DNA of 64,000 bases from Vicinamibacterales bacterium (GTDB taxonomy: Bacteria; Acidobacteriota; Vicinamibacteria; Vicinamibacterales; UBA2999): contig DAIRVG010000009.1 in the NCBI GenBank assembly GCA_036802945.1, forward strand, positions 18,253-82,252, in the 5' to 3' direction. The translations under genes were made by a program, and so were the position numbers. Position 1 is the first letter of the stretch, and every line of letters begins with the position of its first letter. The notes below the pieces were generated by a model. The model saw nothing but the letters and a program-made list of their open reading frames with translations. It ran no database searches and was not told the origin of the DNA. Shown in pieces: positions 9,313 to 21,092 of this stretch.

Positions 9313-10778
9313 CAACGAACGACGGGATCTGTGACAGCTGTCGCGTGTATCGCCGGCTCTGGCTGTGGCGCGTCGGCGTTCAGCTTCAGCGCCAGCTGCA
9401 GGTAAGCCGTCTCGTCGCGCGGGAAGGCCACTGGGTAGACACCCGTATAGCACGATGTGCAGTATCTCGAGCGCCCTCCTTGAACGGCACTCGTCAGCCC
9501 ATCGAGGCTGAGGTATGCCACGCTGTCCGCGTCGAGGTACTTGCGTATCTCGTCGAGCGTGTGCGTGGCGGCAATCAGTTCGGACCGACGCGGCGTGTCA
9601 ATGCCGTAGAAGCAGGGAGACACCGTCGGAGGGCAGCTGATGCGCATGTGGACTTCGCGCGCGCCCGCGCTCCTCACCATCCGCACGATCTTCCGGCTGG
9701 TCGTCCCGCGCACGATCGAATCGTCCACCAGCACGACGCGCTTGCCCTCGAGGATGCTGCGGACGGGGTTGAGCTTCACGCGCACCCCAAAATGGCGGAT
9801 TGACTGTTGAGGCTCGATGAACGTGCGCCCGACGTAGTGATTCCGGATAAGGCCCATGCGCATCGGAATGGCCGACGCCTCCGCGTACCCGATGGCGGCG
9901 CAGACTCCTGAGTCAGGAATGGGGACGACCACGTCGGCGTCGACGTGCGCTTCCTGCGCGAGGGTGCGACCCAGCTGTGTCCGCACTTCGTTGACACTTT
10001 CGCCAAACACGTAGCTGTCGGGACGCGCGAAATAGACGTGCTCGAACACGCACTGCGACTGGCGGGCCGGCCCGAATGGCTTGATCGATTTCAGGCCGCC
10101 GGCACTCGCGATCACCACCTCACCGGCCTCGACGTCGCGCACGTAGGTCGCTCCGATCAAATCGAGCGCGCAGGTTTCAGAGCAGATCACCCAGGCGTCG
10201 CCGAGCTTGCCGATTGCGAGCGGACGGAATCCGTGCGGATCACGGACGCCGATGACGCGATCCCTGGTCATCATCACGAAGGAGAAGGCGCCGCGGACCT
10301 GCGAAATGGCGTCGACGATGGCCGCCTCGACACCTTCCTGGCGCGATCGGGCGAACAGATGCACGACAACCTCGGTGTCGCTGTTCGTCTGGAAGATGGC
10401 ACCGCACCGGACCAGCGCGTCGCGCAGCTCACCGGCGTTCACCAGATTGCCGTTGTGGCAGACCGCGAGCTGGCCGTGGATGCTGTCGACGACGATCGGA
10501 TGCGCGTTCGCGACGAGGCTTTCGCCGGCGGTGGAATATCGCACGTGTCCCACTGCCAGGGAGCCGGGCAACTTCGCCAGCGACTCGCTGTTGAAGGCCT
10601 CGTTTACGTACCCCATCGCCTTGTGGAGGCGAATCAGCGTACCGTCCGAGGCGGCGATGCCGGCACTCTCCTGCCCCCGATGCTGCAGCGCGTACAAACC
10701 GAGGTAGGTGAGGTTCGAGGCCTCGGAGTGACCGAAGATCCCGAACACGCCGCATTCGTCCTTGAACTTGTCGATCAT
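9312..10778 (-). CDS. purF: Amidophosphoribosyltransferase
   Basis: DECGVFGIFGH places the N-terminal nucleophile Cys after a short propeptide. A PRTase motif VLVDDSIVRGTT and C-terminal Cys residues typical of Fe-S PurF are present. Confidence 0.95.
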   Translation of the reverse strand: MIDKFKDECGVFGIFGHSEASNLTYLGLYALQHRGQESAGIAASDGTLIRLHKAMGYVNEAFNSESLAKLPGSLAVGHVRYSTAGESLVANAHPIVVDSIHGQLAVCHNGNLVNAGELRDALVRCGAIFQTNSDTEVVVHLFARSRQEGVEAAIVDAISQVRGAFSFVMMTRDRVIGVRDPHGFRPLAIGKLGDAWVICSETCALDLIGATYVRDVEAGEVVIASAGGLKSIKPFGPARQSQCVFEHVYFARPDSYVFGESVNEVRTQLGRTLAQEAHVDADVVVPIPDSGVCAAIGYAEASAIPMRMGLIRNHYVGRTFIEPQQSIRHFGVRVKLNPVRSILEGKRVVLVDDSIVRGTTSRKIVRMVRSAGAREVHMRISCPPTVSPCFYGIDTPRRSELIAATHTLDEIRKYLDADSVAYLSLDGLTSAVQGGRSRYCTSCYTGVYPVAFPRDETAYLQLALKLNADAPQPEPAIHATAVTDPVVR

Positions 10779-10911
10779 TTAGTGGACCGTTCGCACTGAT
10801 TGAGTACTAGTCACAACAGGCCTCCGAGCGCGATCTGCGGCCGCGACAACGGAGCGGCCCGTTAGTAATTCGGAAGAAACATGCCACTAGAGACCTTCCC
10901 AGTGTACGGTG

Positions 10912-13148
<2,237 letters not shown>

Positions 13149-13152
<4 letters not shown>

Positions 13153-13862
13153 CTCGCCGCCGCAAACGCGCCCTGCGTCACGGCGCGCACGACCGAGTCG
13201 AAGAGGACCCGCCCGTCGGAGCTGCCGAGCGCCAGCTCGCAGGCGCGTTCCGGGTGCGGCATGAGGCCGACGACATTCCGTCGCTCGTTGCAGAGACCGG
13301 CGATGTTGCTGACCGATCCGTTTGGATTGGCGTCCTCGGTCTCGACCCCATCGGCGTTCGTATAGCGAAAGACCACCTGGCGATTCTTGTCGAGCCGCGC
13401 AACGACGTCCGGCTCCGCGTAGTAATTGCCTTCGCCGTGGGCGATCGGGATGCGGAGCACCTGCCCTGGGCGGCACGCGAGGGTGAACGGCGTGTCCGTC
13501 TGCTCGGTCTTGATCAGGACGTGCTCGCACTGAAACTTGACGCTGCGGTTCCGAAGCATCGCACCGGGAAGCATGCCCGCCTCGAGCAGCACCTGGAAGC
13601 CGTTGCAGATCCCGAGGACCGGTCCCCCGGCGTCGGCGAATTTCCTGACCGCCGTCATGACTGGTGAAAAGCGCGCAATCGCGCCGGTCCGCAGGTAGTC
13701 GCCGTGCGCGAAACCGCCGGGCAGGATGACCGCGTCGGCGTTCCCGAGACTCGTGTCCTTGTGCCACACATACTCCGCCTGCTGGCCGAGCACGTGCGTC
13801 GCGGCGTAGTGCGCATCGTGGTCGCAGTTGGATCCGGGGAACACAACGACGGCGAACTTCAT
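13149..13862 (-). CDS. purQ: Phosphoribosylformylglycinamidine synthase glutaminase subunit PurQ
   Basis: [16 protein letters not shown]..., GICNGFQ (nucleophile Cys), MPHPER. Confidence 0.93.
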
Positions 13863-14113
13863 GCGGTCACCTCGTCGACGATCTCGATGCGATAGCTTTC
13901 GATGACGGGGTTCGACAGGAGCTTGTCGGCCGCCTCGGAGGCCAGGCGACGCGCGTCATCCGGGCTGCGCGCGTCGACATCCAGCTCGAAGTACTTCCCC
14001 TGCCGGACATCTCTTACGGCGGCAAAGCCGAGCGTGTGCAGCGCGTCGGTCACCGTCTTCCCCTGTGGATCGAATACCGATGGTTTCAAAGTGACAAACA
14101 CGCGGGCACGCAT
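13859..14113 (-). CDS. purS: Phosphoribosylformylglycinamidine synthase subunit PurS
   Basis: 84 aa starting [17 protein letters not shown]. Position between purB and purQ. Confidence 0.9.
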   Translation of the reverse strand: MRARVFVTLKPSVFDPQGKTVTDALHTLGFAAVRDVRQGKYFELDVDARSPDDARRLASEAADKLLSNPVIESYRIEIVDEVTA

Positions 14114-14119
14114 GAAACG

Positions 14120-15460
14120 CTACCTCCCTACGGGCCTGTTGAAGCCGGCCCCCACGACTTCCGGTCGATCTTCAAATACCCGGTGAAATATCTCGTCGAC
14201 GTGCTTCAACTGCTCGTCGAGATCGAAGGCGCGCTCGATCTCGGCCGGAGGAAGCACCCGAGTGACGTCGGTATCGACCAGGAGGAGCGCCTTGAAGTCG
14301 CGCGCCTCATGGAAGGCGCGCATCGCGTTGCGCTGCACCCAATCGTAGGCCTGCTCCCGTGACACACCACGGCGCGCCAGCTCCAGCAGCACGGTGCCCG
14401 AGAACACCACGCCCCGCGAGCGGTCAAGGTTTTCCTTCATGCGCTCCGGATAGACGACCATCCCGGACACGATACGGGTAAAGCGGCGCAGCATGTGATC
14501 GAGCACGGTAAAGCTGTCAGGCAGGATGACGCGCTCGACGGACGAATGCGAGATGTCGCGCTCGTGCCAGAGGGCGTTGTTCTCAAACGCGGCGCCCGCA
14601 TTGGCGCGAAGCAGCCGCGCAAGGCCGACGACCTGCTCGCATCCGATCGGATTTCGCTTGTGCGGCATCGCCGACGAACCCTTCTGCCCTTTCGCAAACG
14701 GTTCCTCGACCTCGCCGATCTCCGTTTTCTGCAGTCCGCGGATTTCGAGCGCGAACTTCTCCAGCGACGAACCCGTGATCGCAAGGGCGGACAGCAGTTC
14801 CGAATGCCGATCCCGTTGAATGACCTGCGATGCCACCGGCGCCGGCTGGAGACTCAGCGTGCGGCAGACGTCGGCTTCGACGGACGGAGGGAGGTGGGCG
14901 AATGTGCCCACGGCGCCGGACAGCTTCCCGACCGCGACCGCCTCACGCGCGCGCTCGACCCGTGCCACGTCGCGCGCCAACTCCGCGTACCAGAGTGCCA
15001 GCTTCAACCCGAAGGTCATCGGCTCGGCATGCACGCCATGGGTGCGGCCAATCATCGGAGTACGGCGATGCTCGTCGGCGCGGAAGCGCACCGCCTGCAT
15101 CAGCCCGTCGAGGCCTTCCAGGAGCAGGTCGCACGCGTCGCGCATCTGAAGGGCCTGCGCGGTGTCTATGACGTCGGAGGAGGTGAGACCGAAATGGAGC
15201 CACCGGGCCGAAGGGCCAACGCGCTCGGCAACTGCGGTGGTGAACGCGATCACGTCGTGCTGCGTGACCAGTTCGATCTCCTCGATGCGGTCGATGTCGA
15301 AGGCGGCGCGGGCGCGGATGTCGTCCGCCGCTTCTTGAGGCACGATCCCGGCCCGGGCCATCGCGTCGACCGCGGCCAATTCAACCTGCAGCCAGGTTTC
15401 GTATTTCCGCTGGTCGCTCCAGATGCGACCCATTTCCGGGTGCGTGTACCTCGGTATCAT
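14120..15460 (-). CDS. purB: Adenylosuccinate lyase
   Basis: MIPRYTHPEMGRIWSD...; GSSAMPHKRNP fumarate-lyase signature. Confidence 0.95.
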   Translation of the reverse strand: MIPRYTHPEMGRIWSDQRKYETWLQVELAAVDAMARAGIVPQEAADDIRARAAFDIDRIEEIELVTQHDVIAFTTAVAERVGPSARWLHFGLTSSDVIDTAQALQMRDACDLLLEGLDGLMQAVRFRADEHRRTPMIGRTHGVHAEPMTFGLKLALWYAELARDVARVERAREAVAVGKLSGAVGTFAHLPPSVEADVCRTLSLQPAPVASQVIQRDRHSELLSALAITGSSLEKFALEIRGLQKTEIGEVEEPFAKGQKGSSAMPHKRNPIGCEQVVGLARLLRANAGAAFENNALWHERDISHSSVERVILPDSFTVLDHMLRRFTRIVSGMVVYPERMKENLDRSRGVVFSGTVLLELARRGVSREQAYDWVQRNAMRAFHEARDFKALLLVDTDVTRVLPPAEIERAFDLDEQLKHVDEIFHRVFEDRPEVVGAGFNRPVGR

Positions 15461-16728
15461 CCCAGCGAAAGTCGCTCCGGCGTAATCTCCAGGCCGTTGA
15501 CCGCGCCCAGCACGGTCGCCGCAAGCGCGCCGTCGCGGAGCAGGTCGCGCGCCACCCGTTGCACTTCGTCCGTGGAGACCCGCTCCACGCCCTCCAGCGT
15601 TTCATCGAGGCCGAACTGTCGGTCGAAGTAGATTTCCTGCCGCGCGAGATGCGACATTCGGCTCGACGTGCTCTCGAGATTCAGCATGAGGCTGCCCTTG
15701 AGATGATCCTTGGCGCGTCGAAGCTCCGGTTCGGGCAGGGGCTCGTCCTTCATCCGCCTCAGTTCCGCGACCACGACGTCAATCAGTTCGCCGATCGCGT
15801 GGTTGGCGCATCCGGCATAAATGGTCATCGAACCGGCATCGCGGTACGCACTGAGACCGCTGAACACCGCGTACGCCAGCCCGCGCTTCTCGCGGACATT
15901 CTGAAACAGACGCGAGCTCATCGAGCCGCCAAGGATCGTGTTGAGAACGTAGCTCGAATACCGATCCTTGTGATCCTGCTGATAGCTGCTCGTGCCGAGG
16001 CAGACGTGACTTTGCTCGAGCTCCTTGTTGCGGATGATGATGCGGGGAACGACACGGGGAGGCGCGTCTGACAGCTGCCAGTTTTCGCTCGGAACGGACC
16101 CGAACGCCCGCTCCACGATGTCGCGTACCTGTTGGTGCTCGATGTTGCCGACGGCGGCAATGATCATGTTCGGCGCGGTGTACACCCCGCCGAAGTATCG
16201 CCGTAGCCCCTCGACCGTCAGCGCTTCGACGGTCTCCTTCGTGCCGAGGATCGGACGGCCAAGCGGGTGGCCTTCCCAGAAACTCTCGGTAAAGAGCTCG
16301 TGGACCAGATCGTCAGGCGTGTCCTCGACCATCTTGATCTCTTCGAGTACCACCTTCTTCTCGCGATCGATGTCGTTTTCGCTGAACGCCGGCCGCCTCA
16401 CGATGTCCGAAAGGACGTCAACGGCAAGCGGGAGGTGTTCGTCGAGCACCTTGATGTAGTAGCTCGCGTACTCCTTCGCCGTGAACGCGTCCATCTGGCC
16501 GCCGATCGAGTCGATCGTCTGCGCGATGTCCTCGGCGCTGCGGGTCGCCGTCCCTTTGAAGAGCATGTGCTCGACAAAATGCGCGATGCCGCTCTGCTCC
16601 TGCGGCTCGTGACGCGAGCCGCGGGCGAGCCACACGCCGATGCTGACGGACCTGACATGAGGCATCCGCTCGGTGAGGAGCCGGAGACCGTTAGGGAGCA
16701 CGTCACGGACGATGAGTGGTTGAGTCAC
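15457..16728 (-). CDS. M16-family zinc peptidase (pitrilysin/insulinase-like)
   Basis: GIAHFVEHMLFKGT contains the inverted HxxEH zinc motif. 423 aa. The stop overlaps the purB start (ATGA). Confidence 0.88.
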   Translation of the reverse strand: MTQPLIVRDVLPNGLRLLTERMPHVRSVSIGVWLARGSRHEPQEQSGIAHFVEHMLFKGTATRSAEDIAQTIDSIGGQMDAFTAKEYASYYIKVLDEHLPLAVDVLSDIVRRPAFSENDIDREKKVVLEEIKMVEDTPDDLVHELFTESFWEGHPLGRPILGTKETVEALTVEGLRRYFGGVYTAPNMIIAAVGNIEHQQVRDIVERAFGSVPSENWQLSDAPPRVVPRIIIRNKELEQSHVCLGTSSYQQDHKDRYSSYVLNTILGGSMSSRLFQNVREKRGLAYAVFSGLSAYRDAGSMTIYAGCANHAIGELIDVVVAELRRMKDEPLPEPELRRAKDHLKGSLMLNLESTSSRMSHLARQEIYFDRQFGLDETLEGVERVSTDEVQRVARDLLRDGALAATVLGAVNGLEITPERLSLG

Positions 16729-16983
16729 GGATGCGTTGGGAAATCAGTCGGTGCCGGGGCCCGAGCCGGTCAACACCACGACGCGGTCTCATTCACAGAG
16801 CACGCCGCAAACCGTTGACAGACAGGGAATTAGAAGAACATACGAATCATAACATGCGGCGGATTCCGGCTGCAATAACGAAAGGGTGCCTCATGCGTCT
16901 CGTCCACGCCGATACCCCCGTTGCGGCATGTTCGATTTGCTAGAATCGAATGCTCGCATCTTCCACGAAATGCGGGACATAGC

Positions 16984-18063
16984 ATGAGCACCGCGCCATT
17001 GGATCTTGCTGAGCTCGAAATTCTCGAGCTGGAAGCTGCCCTCGAAGCAAAAGGCGGCGAGCGCTTCCACGCGCGACAGGTCTACCGCTGGATCTACAAA
17101 CGCGGCGTCGTTGATTTCGAGCGAATGACCGATCTCTCGAAGGGTCTGCGCTTACAGCTTGCCTCTGAATTCATGCTTACCACGCCGGTTGTCATGTCGG
17201 AGAGCCGGTCGATCGACGGCACGCGTAAATTCGTGCTCGAACTCGCGGACGGTCGCCGTATTGAGGCTGTGTTCATCCCCGACACGCCCGCAATGACGTT
17301 CTGCATCTCGACGCAGGTCGGATGCGCCATGGGTTGCGGCTTCTGCCTGACGGGGAAGATGGGGCTGGTTCGCAATCTGACGGCCGGTGAAATCGCAGGT
17401 CAGGTTCGCGTCCTGGCCCAGGCCACTGGTCTGCTCGATCGTCCGTTCAATATCGTCCTCATGGGGATGGGCGAGCCGCTGCACAACTACGACAACACGA
17501 TGAAGGCGCTCCGCATCCTTCATGCAGAGGAGGGCCTCGCTGTGTCGCCCAGGCGTGTCACGTTGTCGACGGTCGGGATTGTTCCCGGATTGCAGCGTCT
17601 GGCGCACGAGCCACTGATGCCGAACCTCGCGATTTCGCTGCACGCGACGACCGACGAGCAGCGGACGGAGCTCGTGCCGCCCAATCGGAAGTATCCGCTG
17701 GCCGAGATCCTCGAGACGTGCCGACGGTTCCCGTTGAAGAAGCGAAGCCGCATCACGTTCGAATACGTGATGCTCAGCGGCGTCAACGACACACCGGAAG
17801 ATGCGCGTCGGCTCGCGCGCCTGCTGTCCGGGATCAAGTCCAAGGTCAACTTGATTCCGCTGAACCCCGCGCCAGGCATTCCGTACGAGCGGCCTTCTGA
17901 TGAACGAATCGATCGATTCGCTCAGATCCTGGCCGACCGTCACCTGACCGTCTCGGTGCGTAAGAGCCGCGGGCGCGATATCCGCGCGGCGTGTGGTCAA
18001 TTGATTGTCGAAGGGGGCGTCAAGAAATCGGCCGCGCAGCAGATGGCGCTCTTAATGGGTTAG
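16984..18063 (+). CDS. rlmN: 23S rRNA/tRNA (adenine-C2)-methyltransferase, radical SAM
   Basis: FHARQVYRWIYKRGV, and QVGCAMGCGFCLTG (CxxxCxxC radical SAM cluster). Start chosen at ATG 16984; the track ORF begins at 16921. Confidence 0.9.
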   Translation: MSTAPLDLAELEILELEAALEAKGGERFHARQVYRWIYKRGVVDFERMTDLSKGLRLQLASEFMLTTPVVMSESRSIDGTRKFVLELADGRRIEAVFIPDTPAMTFCISTQVGCAMGCGFCLTGKMGLVRNLTAGEIAGQVRVLAQATGLLDRPFNIVLMGMGEPLHNYDNTMKALRILHAEEGLAVSPRRVTLSTVGIVPGLQRLAHEPLMPNLAISLHATTDEQRTELVPPNRKYPLAEILETCRRFPLKKRSRITFEYVMLSGVNDTPEDARRLARLLSGIKSKVNLIPLNPAPGIPYERPSDERIDRFAQILADRHLTVSVRKSRGRDIRAACGQLIVEGGVKKSAAQQMALLMG

Positions 18064-19320
18064 CGCCCGGCCGACGAGCGGATCCGCGCTGTCGATTTCA
18101 ACATCAACCCAGGTGTTCCGCGGTCGCGGTTCGGCGATTCTGACCTTCAGATAGTTTCCCGTCACAACGGACCTCCCGTCGTCCACGGTCAGTGCCCGCA
18201 GGGTCAGGCCCACCTGCGATCGCCGGAACTGCGCCGCCTTCCGCTCCCCTATAGCGCGAATCTCCCGGGCGCGCGCGCGGATGTCATTGCCGTCAACTTT
18301 ATCCGGCATCCGCGTCGCATCGGTGCCGGGACGATCCGAGTACGGGAAGACGTGGAGGTAGGTCACGGGCAGCGCGTCGAGCACAACGCGCATCACGTCG
18401 AAATGCTGCGCGGTCTCGCCGGGGAAGCCGACGATGACGTCCGTACCTACCGACGCGTGGGGAAGACGGGCGCGGATATCGTCGACGAGATCGCGGTAAT
18501 ACCCGGCCGTGTAGGGCCGCTTCATCGCCGCGAGCATCGCGTCCGACCCGTGCTGGAGCGGAAGGTGAAAATGCGCGGCGATCCTCGCCGAACGTGCAGC
18601 AGCGTCGATAATCTCCGGCGTGCAGTCCATCGGCTCGAGCGAGCTGACACGAAATAGCACGTCGTCCGGCCAGTCGCACAGCACCCGGACAAGGTGCGCG
18701 AGCGTGGTGCCGTCGCCCAGATCGCGCCCGTATGATCCGAGATGCACGCCGGTGATCGCAATTTCGCGGTAGCCCGCATCGACGGCGAGTCGAATGTCAC
18801 GAATCACGTCACCTGGAGGTCGTGAACGGCCGGCGCCACGTGTGCGCGGGATGATGCAGTAACTGCACGCTTCGTCGCATCCAGTTTGAACGCGCAGTAT
18901 CAATGCAGTCCGGCCGGCAACTCCTGGCTCCAACGCCAGCCCGCAGGGACCCTCTCCCCCGTCGAACCTCCGCGCCGTCGTCAACTCGCCTGCGGCGTCG
19001 AGCGCGGCGACGAGCGTCTCCTTCGCGTCGTTGCTCACGACCCGCACGACGTTCGGAAGCTCGCTGATTTCCTCGGGCCGGCGCGTCGCATAGCAACCGG
19101 TGACAACCACCTTCACGCCCGGGTTGCTGCGGACAATCCGCCTGATCGTCTGTCGCGTCCCTTGGTCGGCACTCGCCGTCACCGAGCAGGTGTTGATGAC
19201 GACAAGATCGGCGTCCTCGGGCGGCGCATCGACGGCACCGCGGCGGCGAAGATGTTCTTCGATGACAAAGGAGTCCGCCTGGTTCACGCGGCAGCCGAAC
19301 GTGACGATGGCGTACTTCAT
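18052..19320 (-). CDS. mtaB: MiaB-like radical-SAM tRNA methylthiotransferase (MtaB type)
   Basis: MKYAIVTFGCRVNQADS (UPF0004 domain), TGCDEACSYCIIP (radical SAM), and a C-terminal TRAM-like segment. Confidence 0.85.
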   Translation of the reverse strand: MKYAIVTFGCRVNQADSFVIEEHLRRRGAVDAPPEDADLVVINTCSVTASADQGTRQTIRRIVRSNPGVKVVVTGCYATRRPEEISELPNVVRVVSNDAKETLVAALDAAGELTTARRFDGGEGPCGLALEPGVAGRTALILRVQTGCDEACSYCIIPRTRGAGRSRPPGDVIRDIRLAVDAGYREIAITGVHLGSYGRDLGDGTTLAHLVRVLCDWPDDVLFRVSSLEPMDCTPEIIDAAARSARIAAHFHLPLQHGSDAMLAAMKRPYTAGYYRDLVDDIRARLPHASVGTDVIVGFPGETAQHFDVMRVVLDALPVTYLHVFPYSDRPGTDATRMPDKVDGNDIRARAREIRAIGERKAAQFRRSQVGLTLRALTVDDGRSVVTGNYLKVRIAEPRPRNTWVDVEIDSADPLVGRALTH

Positions 19321-20636
19321 AGGGGGTCAGACCCCATTTTGGTTCGCGTAATGGGGTCAGACCCCATCAAGGCTTTGCGACCGATGTCGGTGCGAACCTG
19401 CATGCCGTCGAACCGGACGTGCGACGCGGCGGCGTACGCAGTATCGATTGCGTCACGGTACGTGGCGCCGCGGCCCACCACGGTCAGCACACGACCACCA
19501 GCGGTCACGATCCGCCCATCCTGCCGCGCAGTTCCGGCGTGAAATACCAGCGCGTTGGGCACACGGTCCGCTACGTCGAGGCCGGTAATCGGCTTTCCGG
19601 TCTCTACCGCATCGGGATAGCCGCCGGCCGCCAGCACGACACCAACGTGCGGCTCGTTCCGGAATCGCGCCGCTCGCGACGGGAGCACGCCTGTCGCCGC
19701 GGCACCGAGCAGCCAGGACAGATCTTCGTCGAGCATCGGGAGCACGACCTGTGCCTCGGGATCACCAAAGCGCACATTGAACTCGATCGCCTTGGGACCG
19801 TCGCTGGTCAGCATCAGACCGACATACAGGAATCCGCGATAGGGCCTGCCTTCGCGTTGCATCCCGTCGAGGACGGGCCGCACGATCTCATCGAGTACAC
19901 GACGCTCCACGTCCGCTGTTACCAGCGGGCTCGGCGCGAACGCACCCATACCGCCCGTGTTTGGTCCCCGGTCGTCGTCGAAAATGCGTTTGTGATCCTG
20001 CGCGGAAGACAGCGACATGAACGCGGTGCCGTCGGCAAGGACGAAGTACGACGCCTCCTGGCCGGTCAGGAACTCTTCCAGTACGACCCGCTCGCCGGAT
20101 ACACCGAAGCGCCGGTCGATCATTACCGTGCGAATCGCCGCGGCCGCCGCCGGACGATCCTCAGCGATCACGACGCCCTTGCCTGCGGCCAGACCGTCGG
20201 CCTTGATCACGACGGGATAGCCGAACTCACCGCTGGCAATCGCCGCGAACGCCGATTCCGCCGAGTCGCAGATCCGAAAGCGCGCCGTCGGCACACGATG
20301 CCGCGCCATGAAGTCCTTCGCGAACGCCTTGCTCGATTCGAGCTCCGCGGCGGCCGCGGACGGACCGACGATCGGAAGATGGTCGGACGCGAACGCGTCC
20401 GCTATACCGCGACTGAGAGGGACCTCGGGACCGACGACTGTGAGGTCGACGCGCTCGCGACGGGCGATGCTCAAGAGATCCGCTGGTTTGCCGGAATCGG
20501 CAGGTATGCAGCGCGCGATGGCACCGATGCCGGGGTTCCCGGGAGCGCACAGTACCTCCGTAACCGTGCGCTCGCGCGACAGCTTCCACGCAAACGCGTG
20601 CTCCCGTGCACCGCCACCGACAACGAGGATCTTCAC
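19317..20636 (-). CDS. purD: Phosphoribosylamine--glycine ligase
   Basis: MKILVVGGGAREHAFAWKL... ATP-grasp fold. The C-terminal tail MGSDPITRTKMGSDPL is encoded by the twin palindromes, and the stop overlaps the mtaB start (ATGA). Confidence 0.92.
   Translation of the reverse strand: MKILVVGGGAREHAFAWKLSRERTVTEVLCAPGNPGIGAIARCIPADSGKPADLLSIARRERVDLTVVGPEVPLSRGIADAFASDHLPIVGPSAAAAELESSKAFAKDFMARHRVPTARFRICDSAESAFAAIASGEFGYPVVIKADGLAAGKGVVIAEDRPAAAAAIRTVMIDRRFGVSGERVVLEEFLTGQEASYFVLADGTAFMSLSSAQDHKRIFDDDRGPNTGGMGAFAPSPLVTADVERRVLDEIVRPVLDGMQREGRPYRGFLYVGLMLTSDGPKAIEFNVRFGDPEAQVVLPMLDEDLSWLLGAAATGVLPSRAARFRNEPHVGVVLAAGGYPDAVETGKPITGLDVADRVPNALVFHAGTARQDGRIVTAGGRVLTVVGRGATYRDAIDTAYAAASHVRFDGMQVRTDIGRKALMGSDPITRTKMGSDPL
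19321..19367. repeat. Two copies of a 17-bp palindrome (ATGGGGTC-A-GACCCCAT), centres 30 bp apart
   Basis: Copy A is 19321-19337 (agggggtcagaccccat, one arm mismatch). Copy B is 19351-19367 (perfect). They lie in the last 16 codons of the purD reading frame and end 1 nt from the mtaB ATG. Confidence 0.85.
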
Positions 20637-20735
20637 GTGAATCCGAGGTAACTAACTGCAGGACAGCTATTTACCCTCTGAAATCGTGCTGGAATCAGGG
20701 ATCGGAACACACGCGGACTTAGCCCGACTATTTCG

Positions 20736-20764
20736 TTGACGTGGCGAGGTGTTGCGCCTAGAAT
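20736..20764 (+). promoter_or_regulatory. Sigma-70-type promoter upstream of rpsU
   Basis: TTGACG (20736-20741), a 17-nt spacer, then TAGAAT (20759-20764), about 90 nt upstream of the rpsU start. Predicted from sequence only. Confidence 0.5.
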
Positions 20765-20773
20765 CCGCGCCTG

Positions 20774-20821
20774 CCTGTGATAGCGTAGCATGTTCGGCCC
20801 TTCTATAAGGGCCATCACAGG
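20774..20821 (+). promoter_or_regulatory. Structured 5' leader of rpsU (nested stem-loop)
   Basis: Outer stem cctgtgat (20774-20781) pairs with atcacagg (20814-20821). Inner stem ggccctt (20796-20802) pairs with aagggcc (20807-20813) around a 4-nt loop. It starts a few nt after the predicted TSS. Confidence 0.45.
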
Positions 20822-20855
20822 GAGCCACCAGGCCGGTGAGGGGGTGTTTCACAGC

Positions 20856-21053
20856 GTGGCTGAAGTCAAGATTCAGGAGGGCGAATCCATCGAGAGCGCT
20901 CTCCGGCGGTTCAAGCGGAAGGTGCAGCAGGAAGACATCATCAAGGACATCAAAAAGCACTCCTTCTACCTGAAACCGGGGGACAAGCGGCGAGCCAAGC
21001 AGGCGTTGGCGCGCAAGCGTAATCGCAAGAAGCTCCGGCGCGAATCGGAGTAG
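20856..21053 (+). CDS. rpsU: 30S ribosomal protein S21
   Basis: VAEVKIQEGESIESALRRFKRKVQQEDIIKDIKKHSFYLKPGDKRRAKQ... is canonical S21. GTG start at 20856 is preceded by ggtgaggggg; the track ORF starts earlier, at 20790. Confidence 0.9.
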   Translation: MAEVKIQEGESIESALRRFKRKVQQEDIIKDIKKHSFYLKPGDKRRAKQALARKRNRKKLRRESE

Positions 21054-21092
21054 CGCGGCGGGGCCCGGATCGACGAACAAAGGTGGCGACCG

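Noticed and set aside
10779-10911. 133-nt purL-purF spacer as a ZTP (pfl) or purine riboswitch.
   Set aside because: Reading the - strand sense, I find none of the conserved pfl 3' pseudoknot sequence or the purine-riboswitch loop motifs. Only a small ggccgc/gcggcc hairpin is present.
13153-13767. N-terminal 205-residue extension of the 951-aa purL track ORF. Similar upstream extensions occur for purM (to 9453), glgC (from 35325), the second GT4 (from 26065), eboC (to 4470) and rpsU (from 20790).
   Set aside because: The extensions overlap well-supported neighbouring genes in another frame and have non-protein-like composition. Internal starts give canonical N-termini and classic ATGA/GTGA/TGATG coupling.
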